IMG/VR virus record: IMGVR_UViG_3300031578_000012
Length of the DNA: 64,000 nt
Reading direction: 5' to 3' (one strand)
Origin: a virus
A model generated the notes under the pieces. The model did no database searches. It was not told the DNA's origin and worked only from the letters and a program-made list of their open reading frames with translations. Below, piece after piece: positions 1 through 8,999 of this stretch (the stretch's first letter is position 1; each line of letters starts with the position of its first letter). The translations under genes and the position numbers were made by a program.

Positions 1-205
1 AAAATTGGCTACTTGGAACACTTCTCTAACTCAAACAGCCACTGATTTTGTTACTGCTCATGCTGCTGCTTACGCCGCTGTAGGTATAACCCTTACAAGT
101 TCTACTGTAGATCTTATATTTACAGCTATAGTGGAAGGAACGCCTTTTATTCATCCGGTTATTACCAATGTAACGCCTGATCTGGCTGGAACTGTAGTAA
201 ATACA
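1..205 (+). repeat. Copy A of a ~205-bp duplicated segment (partner 880..1084)
   Basis: Positions 1-123 match 880-1002 with 2 mismatches and 151-189 match 1030-1068 exactly. A 27-nt core (124-150) is strongly diverged. Confidence 0.9.
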
Positions 206-334
206 ACACCTAATACTCCTACTCCATTATCATACCATGGTATTTTTGCTGCTGTTGTAGCCGGGGAGAAATTACATAGTAGAACAGAATTTACCGGTGT
301 TGAGATATCAGCCGGGTCAATAGTTGTATACTAA
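2..334 (+). CDS. 5'-truncated virion-module protein, repeat-domain paralog of 578..1465
   Basis: The frame is open to the window edge. LATWNTSLTQTATDFVTAHAAAYAAVGITLTSSTVDLIF...HPVITNVTPDLAGTVVNTTP is nearly identical to the centre of ORF 578..1465. Confidence 0.7.
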   Translation, partial: KLATWNTSLTQTATDFVTAHAAAYAAVGITLTSSTVDLIFTAIVEGTPFIHPVITNVTPDLAGTVVNTTPNTPTPLSYHGIFAAVVAGEKLHSRTEFTGVEISAGSIVVY

Positions 335-549
335 TGATAAAACTAATAAATAATACAAACGTAGGCTGGGGTCAGTACTTCAAACCTACACCAAAAAATA
401 TTCAAAAATTGTCTGACGCTATTGTAGCTTTTGCAACTATCGTTTCCGGATCGGCGGTAATGGCTGATATGAAATGGTTGGCATTTGTTTTTATTGTACT
501 TGGTGCAATTGGTACATTCGGACAGAAATTTTTCTCAAATGGTAATTAG
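334..549 (+). CDS. Small membrane protein (one hydrophobic helix)
   Basis: 71-aa ORF. Its ATG overlaps the upstream stop (TAATG). Hydrophobic stretch WLAFVFIVLGAIGTFG. Confidence 0.55.
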   Translation: MIKLINNTNVGWGQYFKPTPKNIQKLSDAIVAFATIVSGSAVMADMKWLAFVFIVLGAIGTFGQKFFSNGN

Positions 550-577
550 AATCTTTTAATATTAAATACTTGGAATT

Positions 578-1465
578 ATGAAACATGTTGATTTATTTGA
601 TCATCCGGAAAATGCGTTAGTTGAAGAAACTATGGCATTGAATGTTTTAACTTTCACCGGAGCATCGGGGACCGCTACAGTTACTGTGGGGAACCTTTCA
701 CTGTTGGCTACCTTCTCTAATTCGTTACAGGAGACTGCCATGAAATTTATTATCTCTCACTTGGCAACTTTGAAGCAAAGCGGCTACACCGCAACTATTG
801 GTCTTCAGGCTCAGGTGGATACTGTTACTCTTACTGGTAGTAGCGGTACCGCTAATGTTACCGAAGCTGGCGGATTGACAAAATTGGCTACTTGGAACAC
901 TTCTCTAACTCAAACAGCCACTGATTTTGTTACTGCTCATGCTGCTGCTTACGCCGCTGTAGGTATAACCCTTACAAGCTCTACTGTAGATCTTATCTTT
1001 ACTGGGGCTGTAGCTGGTGTATCTTTTGATCATCCGGTTATTACCAATGTAACGCCTGATCTGGCTGGTACGGTAGTAAATACTACTCCCTGGAATACGG
1101 AAGTGATTACTTTTGGTCATGTTGTAGGTCAAGCTCCTGTAACTGTTACTAACGCTACTGGTGATCTAACTGGTACACTTGGATGTGTATATTACCCAGA
1201 TATGGAATTTGGTCGTATATTCAGATTGCTTTCTCAAGCTTCATTTACGATTGGGGCTGTTAAGAATCCACTGGATGGTGCTTACATTAGGCTTGAAATA
1301 ACAGCCGGTGGTGCACATACCATTACTTGGGATACATCTTATCAGTTTGCTGGTGGTACCGAGCATACTCAAACCTCTTCTGGTTTAGATATCCTTGAAG
1401 GACACTATAACGATACGGCAGGTAAAGTATATATTCAACCGTGGGCAGCTGCTGTAGGGGCTTAA
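578..1465 (+). CDS. Virion-module protein built from tandem ~60-aa modules
   Basis: 295-aa ORF. It has an internal repeat: LTFTGASGTATVTVG..LATFSNSLQETAMKF versus VTLTGSSGTANVTEAG..LATWNTSLTQTATDF. Confidence 0.75.
   Translation: MKHVDLFDHPENALVEETMALNVLTFTGASGTATVTVGNLSLLATFSNSLQETAMKFIISHLATLKQSGYTATIGLQAQVDTVTLTGSSGTANVTEAGGLTKLATWNTSLTQTATDFVTAHAAAYAAVGITLTSSTVDLIFTGAVAGVSFDHPVITNVTPDLAGTVVNTTPWNTEVITFGHVVGQAPVTVTNATGDLTGTLGCVYYPDMEFGRIFRLLSQASFTIGAVKNPLDGAYIRLEITAGGAHTITWDTSYQFAGGTEHTQTSSGLDILEGHYNDTAGKVYIQPWAAAVGA
880..1084 (+). repeat. Copy B of the duplicated segment (partner 1..205)
   Basis: See copy A. The offset between the copies is 879 nt. Confidence 0.9.
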
Positions 1466-1725
1466 TTTAATACCATTAAACCGTGGGAGCTATCTATAGG
1501 GTAGATATTGAGAAACGGATGGAGAATACCGGTACATTTACTCGTCCTTTTTATGTAAAGGGGTATGAGTTGAGAGAGTACTATTTATTTGGTATTAAAA
1601 TTAAGTCGGCAAGTACTGCTGCTACTTATCCGGATAAAACAGAATAGTTTTAATTCTCCTTTTCTTTCTTGAAATCCTATCCTTGGGTTCCGGGGTTAGG
1701 ATTTTTATTTTTAAACACAAATCTC

Positions 1726-4700
1726 ATGGAAGGCACTAAAGGACAGGAATACATACTTCAAACATTTCATGCTGGTCTCATGCGAGAGATCGATGAGGAT
1801 ATGATCCCACCAAATAGCGGAATTGTTCTTAATAGTAAACATTTGCGGTTGGATGAAAAGGAGCATGGATCTTTGCAGGCTGTGAAGGGAGATGTTGAAT
1901 ATGATTCTATATCGCTAACCGATGATTTTTATTGGATTGGTGGGGTGTGGGTGGCCGGGTACTTGGTTACCTTTTGGCATGAGAATGTATCTGCCGGCAC
2001 TGATCGAACTGTCGTATACATGCTTGGTTCTGGCTCCCTTGAAAAGGTAGCCGAGAGTGAATATTTACCAGGTCGTGACGGGGAGGATATGAAGCATCTT
2101 GATATTGATGCCAACTATGAGACCGGGGAGATTTTTATTACAGACGGACAGATTACTCCTATTATATTAGATGTAAATGACCTATGGGCTCAGAAGGCTA
2201 CTACCAAGTATACTACTGCTTATGATGCTACTTTGTATAATATAAAGCTGATTAACCAAGTAAATCAACCTAAATTTATTTCATTAGACGATGTGGGGGC
2301 AGGGGCCGGTCTTCGTAAAGGGAGTTACGCCTATTCCTTACGTTATGGAATGTTTAATGGAGAGTATACTCCATGGGGGCCTCTTAGTCCATATATACCT
2401 GTTCCTGAGAATTATGACCGAGCTAATACAAATGTATTGATTCCAGGTTCCAAAGTATACGGAGGAGCTTCAGATTTGGTACCTTCCAGGTATGGTATAC
2501 GACTATTACTTCGGATAAATAATGCTCCAGGGTTTGATTTCATTGAACTTAAACGCTATGCTAATCAGAATAGCGCAGCATTAGGTTATACTCCTAGTGC
2601 AGAATTTTTGCGGGTTGGTATAGATGCGGGAGGTTCTACGGTTAATATTTCGGAGATGGCGGCGGATATTATAGAGTTTCAGGATACAGACAACAAACAG
2701 TGGATTGTATATGACGAGACTGAAATAGGTTTTAAAGCCTCCATAAAAAGCGCTAGAACTATTCGGTATTATGAAGGAAGAGTAATTTTGGGCGGTATTA
2801 AGTATGAGTCCAGAGAGTTAGAAGACTTGGATATTTTTATCAATGCACCAAGCGTGTCTAAGTTGGGTTATCCTATTAAAAAGAATCTTGGAACGGCGGG
2901 ATATACGGATATTAATAACCAAGTATTTAACAAAACACATAGATTGGGGGAGCGTTATGGATATGCTGCTCAACTAAGGGATGATCAAGGAAATGTGTTA
3001 TTTTCTGTTCCGTTAAAAAATGCTACTCAAGATTTTCGAAATTTTAAATTTCCGGAGCGCCGGGAAGGGGTACCCGCTTCAGAGAGAATAGAATTTGAAA
3101 ATCCAAGTGTTCCTTATTTGCAGGATGTAGATAGTGGTAGTGGTACGAGCATGGATTTTGTGTATGAAGTATGGAAGAGTGAGAACCATAAGAAAACCAT
3201 ATCAGGCAGTGCAAGACAGACGCGAACCATATTTGATGATGATGGTGATTATGCCTATAATCCAATAACTCCTACAGGAAGGGATCCTGGTTATGGGGGT
3301 AATGGGCGAAACTATAAAGGAATGGATTCGGTGTATTGTGATAGAGTGGAGGGAGAAGATCCTAGCGGCTATGCTTATGACCCTACTGGTTATGGTGCGT
3401 CTTTTTGGTCTACCGGGTTTAGATTAGGAGGAATAGATATATCTGCACTACCAGATTGGGTAGCCGGTTTTAGTGTGGTGAGAACCCCAGCAGCTGGTCG
3501 TGTAGTGTGCCAGGGTATTGCAACTTATGCCCTTTTAGAGAAAGCTCCAGGAGCTACTAATCCTGCTTTACAGAAAGATCTAGATAAGGTATGGTTTTAT
3601 TCTCCTGAATTTGATACTGTGATTGGAGACAAAGTTAAAATTTATGATGATATAAAAACCAATCCAGCTAGTTACTCTGTACAGCTGGTGAGTCCGTTAG
3701 GATTTTTTTCAGAGTTACAGTCGGGTTTTTATACTGGAGTTACTCCCGATTACGGTAAGTTGGATTTTCTTACCTGGGCGACTATGCAACATAATAATGC
3801 TGGTGCCATTAATCCTACAGATGCAAATTCTGAGATTGGAACAGGTAATGGTTATATTTCTTTTGGTAGGTTTAGGAATTGGCAAGGTAACATATATATC
3901 GCTACAGATCATAAATGGGGTATAGCTTCAGCCGTTGATGTGGACATAGATGGAAAGAATGGAAGGTCAAATTATTTAGAAATCACTTTAGATGTAGGAA
4001 CACCCGCTCCGGATCATTTTTATTATAATCCAGACTTAGATGCCGTATCTGGTGATACATATGATGATGGTATGGAGTTTCATGAACCATTATATATTGT
4101 TAATATTATTCAGGATGCCGTATCTATTCCTATAGATAATACTAACCTATATCAGGAAATTGGGCATTACCAGAAATTACGAAGTATAATCGGATACGGA
4201 TCCGGGGATGATAATCCTGTGTTTTACCTAGCGGATGAGCGTCCGGAAGATTGTATTGCTTCAGAGTCTTATTTAACTGGAGGAGCTACATCTGTTCGTT
4301 ATATTGAAGTTAACGGGCAGAAATGGTTAGATCTTAGCCAGCAGGATAGTACAGAACGGGCAGCAAGGAATCTGGACATACATAATGATGGGTATACTAC
4401 GATTTATTCTATTAATTATTATGGTACATATCTGGGTACCAGAGTGGACGGTACCGGAAGGCACTATATTATATTTGATCAGGAAAGCACAGGAACACAA
4501 ATCATTCCCGCAGGTGGGGATGAAATTACGGTGGTATATAATTCCAATGTACCCATTGATATTTATCTTGGAGATAATATAATAAGTCTTACCAGTTTTG
4601 TACCTATAGATTGTGAGATTAAAGATGCTTGGCTTGCGCATGACGGAGATAAAGAACAATCATTCAGGATTAGGGGTCCTATGCCTTACAGACAATGGCA

Positions 4701-6213
4701 TCTTAATGATCTTTATAGGCAAGCAGAGGTGGCTACTGAAAGTGGAGGTAAATATGTAGAACTTACTAATTTATTAAATTTAAACTATTTACGTCAGTGG
4801 CTTATCATGTTCCCGGTAGAGAGCACAGTAAACATTCCATTGGTATATAAAAATTTCTTTCCTCATCGAGCTTATGTTATGCGTCCTAATGATTATAGTG
4901 TTATGAAGGCCACCGAAGACGAAAGAGAGTACTATGCTAGAATAGGTATCGCGAGAGGCTACGCAGATGATTATCCAGGGGAGCAACTAATGTGGGGGTT
5001 TGGTGGTTTTCATTTTCCGGAAGGATCTAATTTTGATTATAGTAAACTAGTACCACAAAAGGCTCCCGGAAAACCAGCATCTTCAGAGAGTGAGGTGACT
5101 AACTATCCTAAAAGGTTTGTATGGACTGTTCAGAAATCGCCAAATAGATCTTCTTCTAATGCTCTTAAAAGTATTTTGCCTACCAATTTTTATGATCTTA
5201 GCCACTATAAATCGGAACAGATATCTATATTATATGATCAGTATTCTAGTCGGGGAAACAATTTATATGTGGTAACCGACAAGGCTGTAGGATTATTATT
5301 AACAGATAAAACTATTGTAAGAGATTTTGTAGGAGATTCTTTGGGTATAGCAGCACAGGAGGGGAACTTTATTCAGGGGGAACAATGGCTAAACGAATCT
5401 GTTGGATGTCCTGCCAATTTGTTTAGAGGAAAATCTGAGGGGATTATTAAAGTGGATAATAGGCCAATAGATATCCTTACATTTCCTACTATAAATGATA
5501 TAGCGGTTCTTAGAGATAATACTATTGTGACCCTTAAAGCAGGTATGCGAGATGTTATAGAGAGTGCTATAGGTCTTAAAGGTAATCAGTATTATGGATC
5601 TTCTGATGATGATAAACTATTTTCTTCTTTTGTATATTCCAAACGAAATGAGTTATGGATTAATGCTGAAGGTTCTCTCATTGTATATAGCTTTATAAAG
5701 AATAATTGGATTATGGAGCTGGATTTTGCTAAATATACGCAGGTTTTTCATTGTCCGTGGTTAACTGGGGCTTTAACGGATGGTAATGTTGTTATAGCTC
5801 ATGATAGGGTGGGTGATATTATGTATGCAGGAGGATTTGAGAATTATGAAACAACTGAGGGAGCGTGGAACATAGAAAGCAATCCTACGAAAGAGGTGAC
5901 TTTTGTGTGTAATCCGGGGCATGGCAGGACTTATGAATTTATAGATATTTATGTTAAGGCATACGCAGCTCCAACGGCTCAACTAACACCTAGTCGTGAT
6001 ATAGCTTACGGGGGTAATTGGGGAAATGCTGCAGACATTGCCCCTGGTGACTGGGATACTTATGGGAATAATTGGTTTTATGCTAGAATTCCAAGACGAA
6101 CAACAGTCGGGACTGTGGTGAAGGGTAATTTATTGTATGTAAAATTATCTGGAACAAATTTATATAATTTGAAGTATGTAAAGATAGGTTATAGACCTAT
6201 ACAGGGAGGTTAG
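1726..6213 (+). CDS. Large (1495 aa) virion structural protein, function unknown
   Basis: Uninterrupted 4.5-kb ORF inside the structural block. The ATG at 1726 is preferred over the TTG at 1669 used by the track. I can assign no catalytic motif. Confidence 0.8.
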   Translation: MEGTKGQEYILQTFHAGLMREIDEDMIPPNSGIVLNSKHLRLDEKEHGSLQAVKGDVEYDSISLTDDFYWIGGVWVAGYLVTFWHENVSAGTDRTVVYMLGSGSLEKVAESEYLPGRDGEDMKHLDIDANYETGEIFITDGQITPIILDVNDLWAQKATTKYTTAYDATLYNIKLINQVNQPKFISLDDVGAGAGLRKGSYAYSLRYGMFNGEYTPWGPLSPYIPVPENYDRANTNVLIPGSKVYGGASDLVPSRYGIRLLLRINNAPGFDFIELKRYANQNSAALGYTPSAEFLRVGIDAGGSTVNISEMAADIIEFQDTDNKQWIVYDETEIGFKASIKSARTIRYYEGRVILGGIKYESRELEDLDIFINAPSVSKLGYPIKKNLGTAGYTDINNQVFNKTHRLGERYGYAAQLRDDQGNVLFSVPLKNATQDFRNFKFPERREGVPASERIEFENPSVPYLQDVDSGSGTSMDFVYEVWKSENHKKTISGSARQTRTIFDDDGDYAYNPITPTGRDPGYGGNGRNYKGMDSVYCDRVEGEDPSGYAYDPTGYGASFWSTGFRLGGIDISALPDWVAGFSVVRTPAAGRVVCQGIATYALLEKAPGATNPALQKDLDKVWFYSPEFDTVIGDKVKIYDDIKTNPASYSVQLVSPLGFFSELQSGFYTGVTPDYGKLDFLTWATMQHNNAGAINPTDANSEIGTGNGYISFGRFRNWQGNIYIATDHKWGIASAVDVDIDGKNGRSNYLEITLDVGTPAPDHFYYNPDLDAVSGDTYDDGMEFHEPLYIVNIIQDAVSIPIDNTNLYQEIGHYQKLRSIIGYGSGDDNPVFYLADERPEDCIASESYLTGGATSVRYIEVNGQKWLDLSQQDSTERAARNLDIHNDGYTTIYSINYYGTYLGTRVDGTGRHYIIFDQESTGTQIIPAGGDEITVVYNSNVPIDIYLGDNIISLTSFVPIDCEIKDAWLAHDGDKEQSFRIRGPMPYRQWHLNDLYRQAEVATESGGKYVELTNLLNLNYLRQWLIMFPVESTVNIPLVYKNFFPHRAYVMRPNDYSVMKATEDEREYYARIGIARGYADDYPGEQLMWGFGGFHFPEGSNFDYSKLVPQKAPGKPASSESEVTNYPKRFVWTVQKSPNRSSSNALKSILPTNFYDLSHYKSEQISILYDQYSSRGNNLYVVTDKAVGLLLTDKTIVRDFVGDSLGIAAQEGNFIQGEQWLNESVGCPANLFRGKSEGIIKVDNRPIDILTFPTINDIAVLRDNTIVTLKAGMRDVIESAIGLKGNQYYGSSDDDKLFSSFVYSKRNELWINAEGSLIVYSFIKNNWIMELDFAKYTQVFHCPWLTGALTDGNVVIAHDRVGDIMYAGGFENYETTEGAWNIESNPTKEVTFVCNPGHGRTYEFIDIYVKAYAAPTAQLTPSRDIAYGGNWGNAADIAPGDWDTYGNNWFYARIPRRTTVGTVVKGNLLYVKLSGTNLYNLKYVKIGYRPIQGG

Positions 6214-6233
6214 GAAATGAGAGGAATTTTTAG

Positions 6234-6241
6234 TATTTTTG
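6234..6241 (+). promoter_or_regulatory. TAnnTTTG box (TATTTTTG), candidate Bacteroidota-type -7 promoter element
   Basis: Matches TAnnTTTG. It lies 25 nt upstream of the ATG at 6266. Confidence 0.4.
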
Positions 6242-6265
6242 TTTTATATGCATAATAATTAAAAA

Positions 6266-6568
6266 ATGGGTGAAGAGAAGAAGGTACTTGCAAAGGCGGA
6301 GTTAAGTTTGCACTTACAAGAAACTGTAGGAATGCCTGATTATCAAGCTAATTGGGTACTGGATTCGTTGTTTGATTTTATAGCGAGTCATGTTAAAGAG
6401 GGTAATGAGGTTCTTTTGAAGGGTCTGGGTAGATTTGTATATGTGGATCGGGAAGGGACCAGGAAATCAAATTTAAGTGGGGATTTAATAGTTCCGCACA
6501 AACAAGTGAAGTTCCGTATCAATCAGCATTTAGCTAAATATGTACGGATAAATACAAGAGTTGAATAA
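6266..6568 (+). CDS. HU/IHF-family DNA-binding protein
   Basis: 100 aa. GLGRFVYVDREGTRKSNLSGDLIVPHKQVKFR resembles the beta-arm region of bacterial HU/IHF. The N-terminal helical part fits the family size. Confidence 0.8.
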   Translation: MGEEKKVLAKAELSLHLQETVGMPDYQANWVLDSLFDFIASHVKEGNEVLLKGLGRFVYVDREGTRKSNLSGDLIVPHKQVKFRINQHLAKYVRINTRVE

Positions 6569-6584
6569 TTAAAAATATATAATC

Positions 6585-7256
6585 ATGCCAAATACAGGGA
6601 TTGATGTAACTAAAGGAGCTGTCGGTGGTGCCGCTAAAGGTGCTATTATAGGAGGAAGTATTGGTGGTCCTATAGGAATGGGTGTAGGCACTGTAATTGG
6701 TGGCGTATGGGGCGGCATAACTGCAGGTAAGAAGTCAAAGGCTATGAGCCAGGCTCTGCAGAGGATAGAAGATTTACCTATGGTGGATCCTAACCAGGTA
6801 GCTTTTCAGGACCAGCTTGCCAGGGAAAAGAGAGCTGTCGAATCCGGTTTCACAACCGATTTCCAGGTTTCCCGGGATATTTTACAGCAAAGTCAAGCGG
6901 GGCAATTAAGCGTAGCTTCTAAGGTAGGAGCCAGCAATCCAGCTTTAGCTTTATCCATGATGGCTCAAGTGAACCAAGGTTTTACTACTGGGATGAATCA
7001 AGCTTTGGGTACTATTTCTACCAGGAGTTTAGCTTATACAACTATGATGGGAGATATGGTAGACAAGATTGCCAAGCGTAAATTAGATATTGAGGTGTTC
7101 AAAGCACAGGCTCAAATCGGGCAGGCTGCTGCCGAATATAAGGATAGAGTTGAACAAACAAATGCTGATCTTGCTTTTGGTATAGAAAAAGCTCCAGAGA
7201 TAAAAGAAGGTTTTACAGATTTGATTAGTAGAATATCTGGTGGTGGTGTACAATAA
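6585..7256 (+). CDS. Glycine-zipper protein, putative internal/ejection virion protein
   Basis: The N-terminus GAVGGAAKGAIIGGSIGGPIGMGVGTVIGGVWGGITAG is a glycine-zipper membrane-type segment. The gene lies in the structural operon. Confidence 0.6.
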   Translation: MPNTGIDVTKGAVGGAAKGAIIGGSIGGPIGMGVGTVIGGVWGGITAGKKSKAMSQALQRIEDLPMVDPNQVAFQDQLAREKRAVESGFTTDFQVSRDILQQSQAGQLSVASKVGASNPALALSMMAQVNQGFTTGMNQALGTISTRSLAYTTMMGDMVDKIAKRKLDIEVFKAQAQIGQAAAEYKDRVEQTNADLAFGIEKAPEIKEGFTDLISRISGGGVQ

Positions 7257-7271
7257 TTAAAATAAAATATA

Positions 7272-8999
7272 ATGCCTGATAACAACAATAATCCGAGTGT
7301 AGTTACTGATGAATCTGGTGGTAATTATGGCGGCATAAAACAAAATGCTGATCCGCTTGGTAGTGTCCAGGCGCAGTACTTACAGAATTTATGGCGTATG
7401 GCCCAGGAGCCTGTAAAAGCTCCCTTAACTCCCGCCCAGGAATTTCCTACGCTCAGTAAAGGTATTCAGGTAGGTACTTCAAGTACTGAGACTCTTGGTT
7501 CTCAGCCTATTTTTGGTGTTGGTGGTGGAGTAGTTAGTATGGCTGGTATTGATGCCATGAAAAAAGCAAGAAAGCAAGCAGAGATAGATTATTATAAAAG
7601 TTTGAAGCCGGATCCTACAGCTTTTGAATTGGGTGTAAAATTGGATAATCTGGCTCTTACAGACGAGTGGAATCAGAAGAAAAAGGAATTGGTAGACGCT
7701 TTACGCAATGAATTTTTAGTTGCTCTCGAAGGGCAGGAGGATGCCGACTTTAAAGCAGCTAAACTTGTTGAATCTTCTCCAGAATTAGCCGCTACGCTTA
7801 GGAAGATGGATAACACGGCTTCTATGGTTAATGTTGCTAGGAAGAAGTTGTTAGAGATTATTGAGGCAGCTGCTTATCCGGAGGAAGCTTATGTATCAAA
7901 AGAGATGATGGGAAGGGCGCAGGAATTTTTAGCTTTATTGGATGATCCGGATTATATATTAAATAATTCGGTTGAAGCTATATATCTAGCAGCCGAGAAA
8001 ATGCATACTAATACGAGCCTATATACTATTGTAGAGGGGGCTGTAACAAAGTATGGGGAGCGAACCCGTACTGATTTTCAGAGAGCTTCCAGCATGGATA
8101 CGGATGTTCGGGAATCATGGATAAAGAAGGAAATTACAGGGCCTCAGGAGGAGGATATTAAGGCTATGTATGAAAATATTGTTGCTCGTAATCCTTGGGT
8201 TGCTAAGGATGAAGATGCTGCAGCCTTTATTAAGAGGGAGTTGAAAGCTCAATCTGATTTTGTTGTGAAGAAATCCCTGGAAGATATTGTTAAGACAGAG
8301 AAGCAGAAGAATGTGGATGCAAGAAGCTTAGGTTTATTGGTCGATGACAAAGGAAAGATCATATTTGAGCCCATGAGTACGCCATGGGGGATAAAAGGAG
8401 AAAACGGAATTCATTATGGGGCTCATACTAATGGAGATCCGTACGCAATTGAATTGTATGCAGGTACTGAAATGTATATCAAAGACAAGGGACAAACCCT
8501 TAAAGTGACTTTACAGGATCCGGCTACTATGAATTTACGTGGCGAGTATACGTTAAAAGAGGGTAGAGGAGGAATTTTATCTGGTAGGTACATTGACGGT
8601 AAAGTAATTCTGGAGCAGAAAATATTATATGATCCAGATGAGGTAGTACGTAGTCAGACTAAAAAAGGCAAAACTTCTTTTGTTGGGGTTCCAACAGATA
8701 CTCAGGCTACCACTCAGGAAGCCCCATTTGTTGTATTGGATGAAAACGGTAATAAAATAACTATACGTGGTAGGTTTACAGCCGCTGTATCTTGGGATGA
8801 TTATAAGTCTGATGTAAGAGCAATAAATCCAGGCTTACAAGCTATTCATGGTGACTTACCGGGAATAGAGGATATTGATATACACGGTAGCCAGGATAAT
8901 CCAATAATTTTGGATGCTAGTAATACCAGGATAACTATTGATCCTAATAAATATTATGAACTTGATGGTACATTATATAAAGGAGATCAAATTGAATGA
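7272..8999 (+). CDS. Virion-module protein (575 aa), function unknown
   Basis: Long ORF whose stop overlaps the start of the giant gene (ATGA at 8996). Confidence 0.7.
   Translation: MPDNNNNPSVVTDESGGNYGGIKQNADPLGSVQAQYLQNLWRMAQEPVKAPLTPAQEFPTLSKGIQVGTSSTETLGSQPIFGVGGGVVSMAGIDAMKKARKQAEIDYYKSLKPDPTAFELGVKLDNLALTDEWNQKKKELVDALRNEFLVALEGQEDADFKAAKLVESSPELAATLRKMDNTASMVNVARKKLLEIIEAAAYPEEAYVSKEMMGRAQEFLALLDDPDYILNNSVEAIYLAAEKMHTNTSLYTIVEGAVTKYGERTRTDFQRASSMDTDVRESWIKKEITGPQEEDIKAMYENIVARNPWVAKDEDAAAFIKRELKAQSDFVVKKSLEDIVKTEKQKNVDARSLGLLVDDKGKIIFEPMSTPWGIKGENGIHYGAHTNGDPYAIELYAGTEMYIKDKGQTLKVTLQDPATMNLRGEYTLKEGRGGILSGRYIDGKVILEQKILYDPDEVVRSQTKKGKTSFVGVPTDTQATTQEAPFVVLDENGNKITIRGRFTAAVSWDDYKSDVRAINPGLQAIHGDLPGIEDIDIHGSQDNPIILDASNTRITIDPNKYYELDGTLYKGDQIE

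Noticed and set aside
1-1094. Diversity-generating retroelement (template/variable repeat pair) as the explanation for the near-identical 205-bp repeats
   Set aside because: The mismatches are not restricted to adenine positions of either copy (for example gct versus ggg, acg versus gta). No reverse transcriptase ORF is present in the window.
1483-1647. Small ORF (GTG 1483 or ATG 1519 to TAG 1647) in the gap before the 1495-aa gene
   Set aside because: It is short (42-54 aa) with no motif, no coupling and no recognisable start context. It may be real, but it cannot be supported from sequence alone.
3235-3249. DDDGD (DxDGD-like) motif in the 1495-aa protein as a sign of a virion RNA polymerase with a double-psi beta-barrel
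   Set aside because: It is a single short acidic motif. I could not recognise a second barrel or the conserved basic residues. It could easily be chance in a 1495-aa protein. It is worth an HHpred check but is not reportable as a call.
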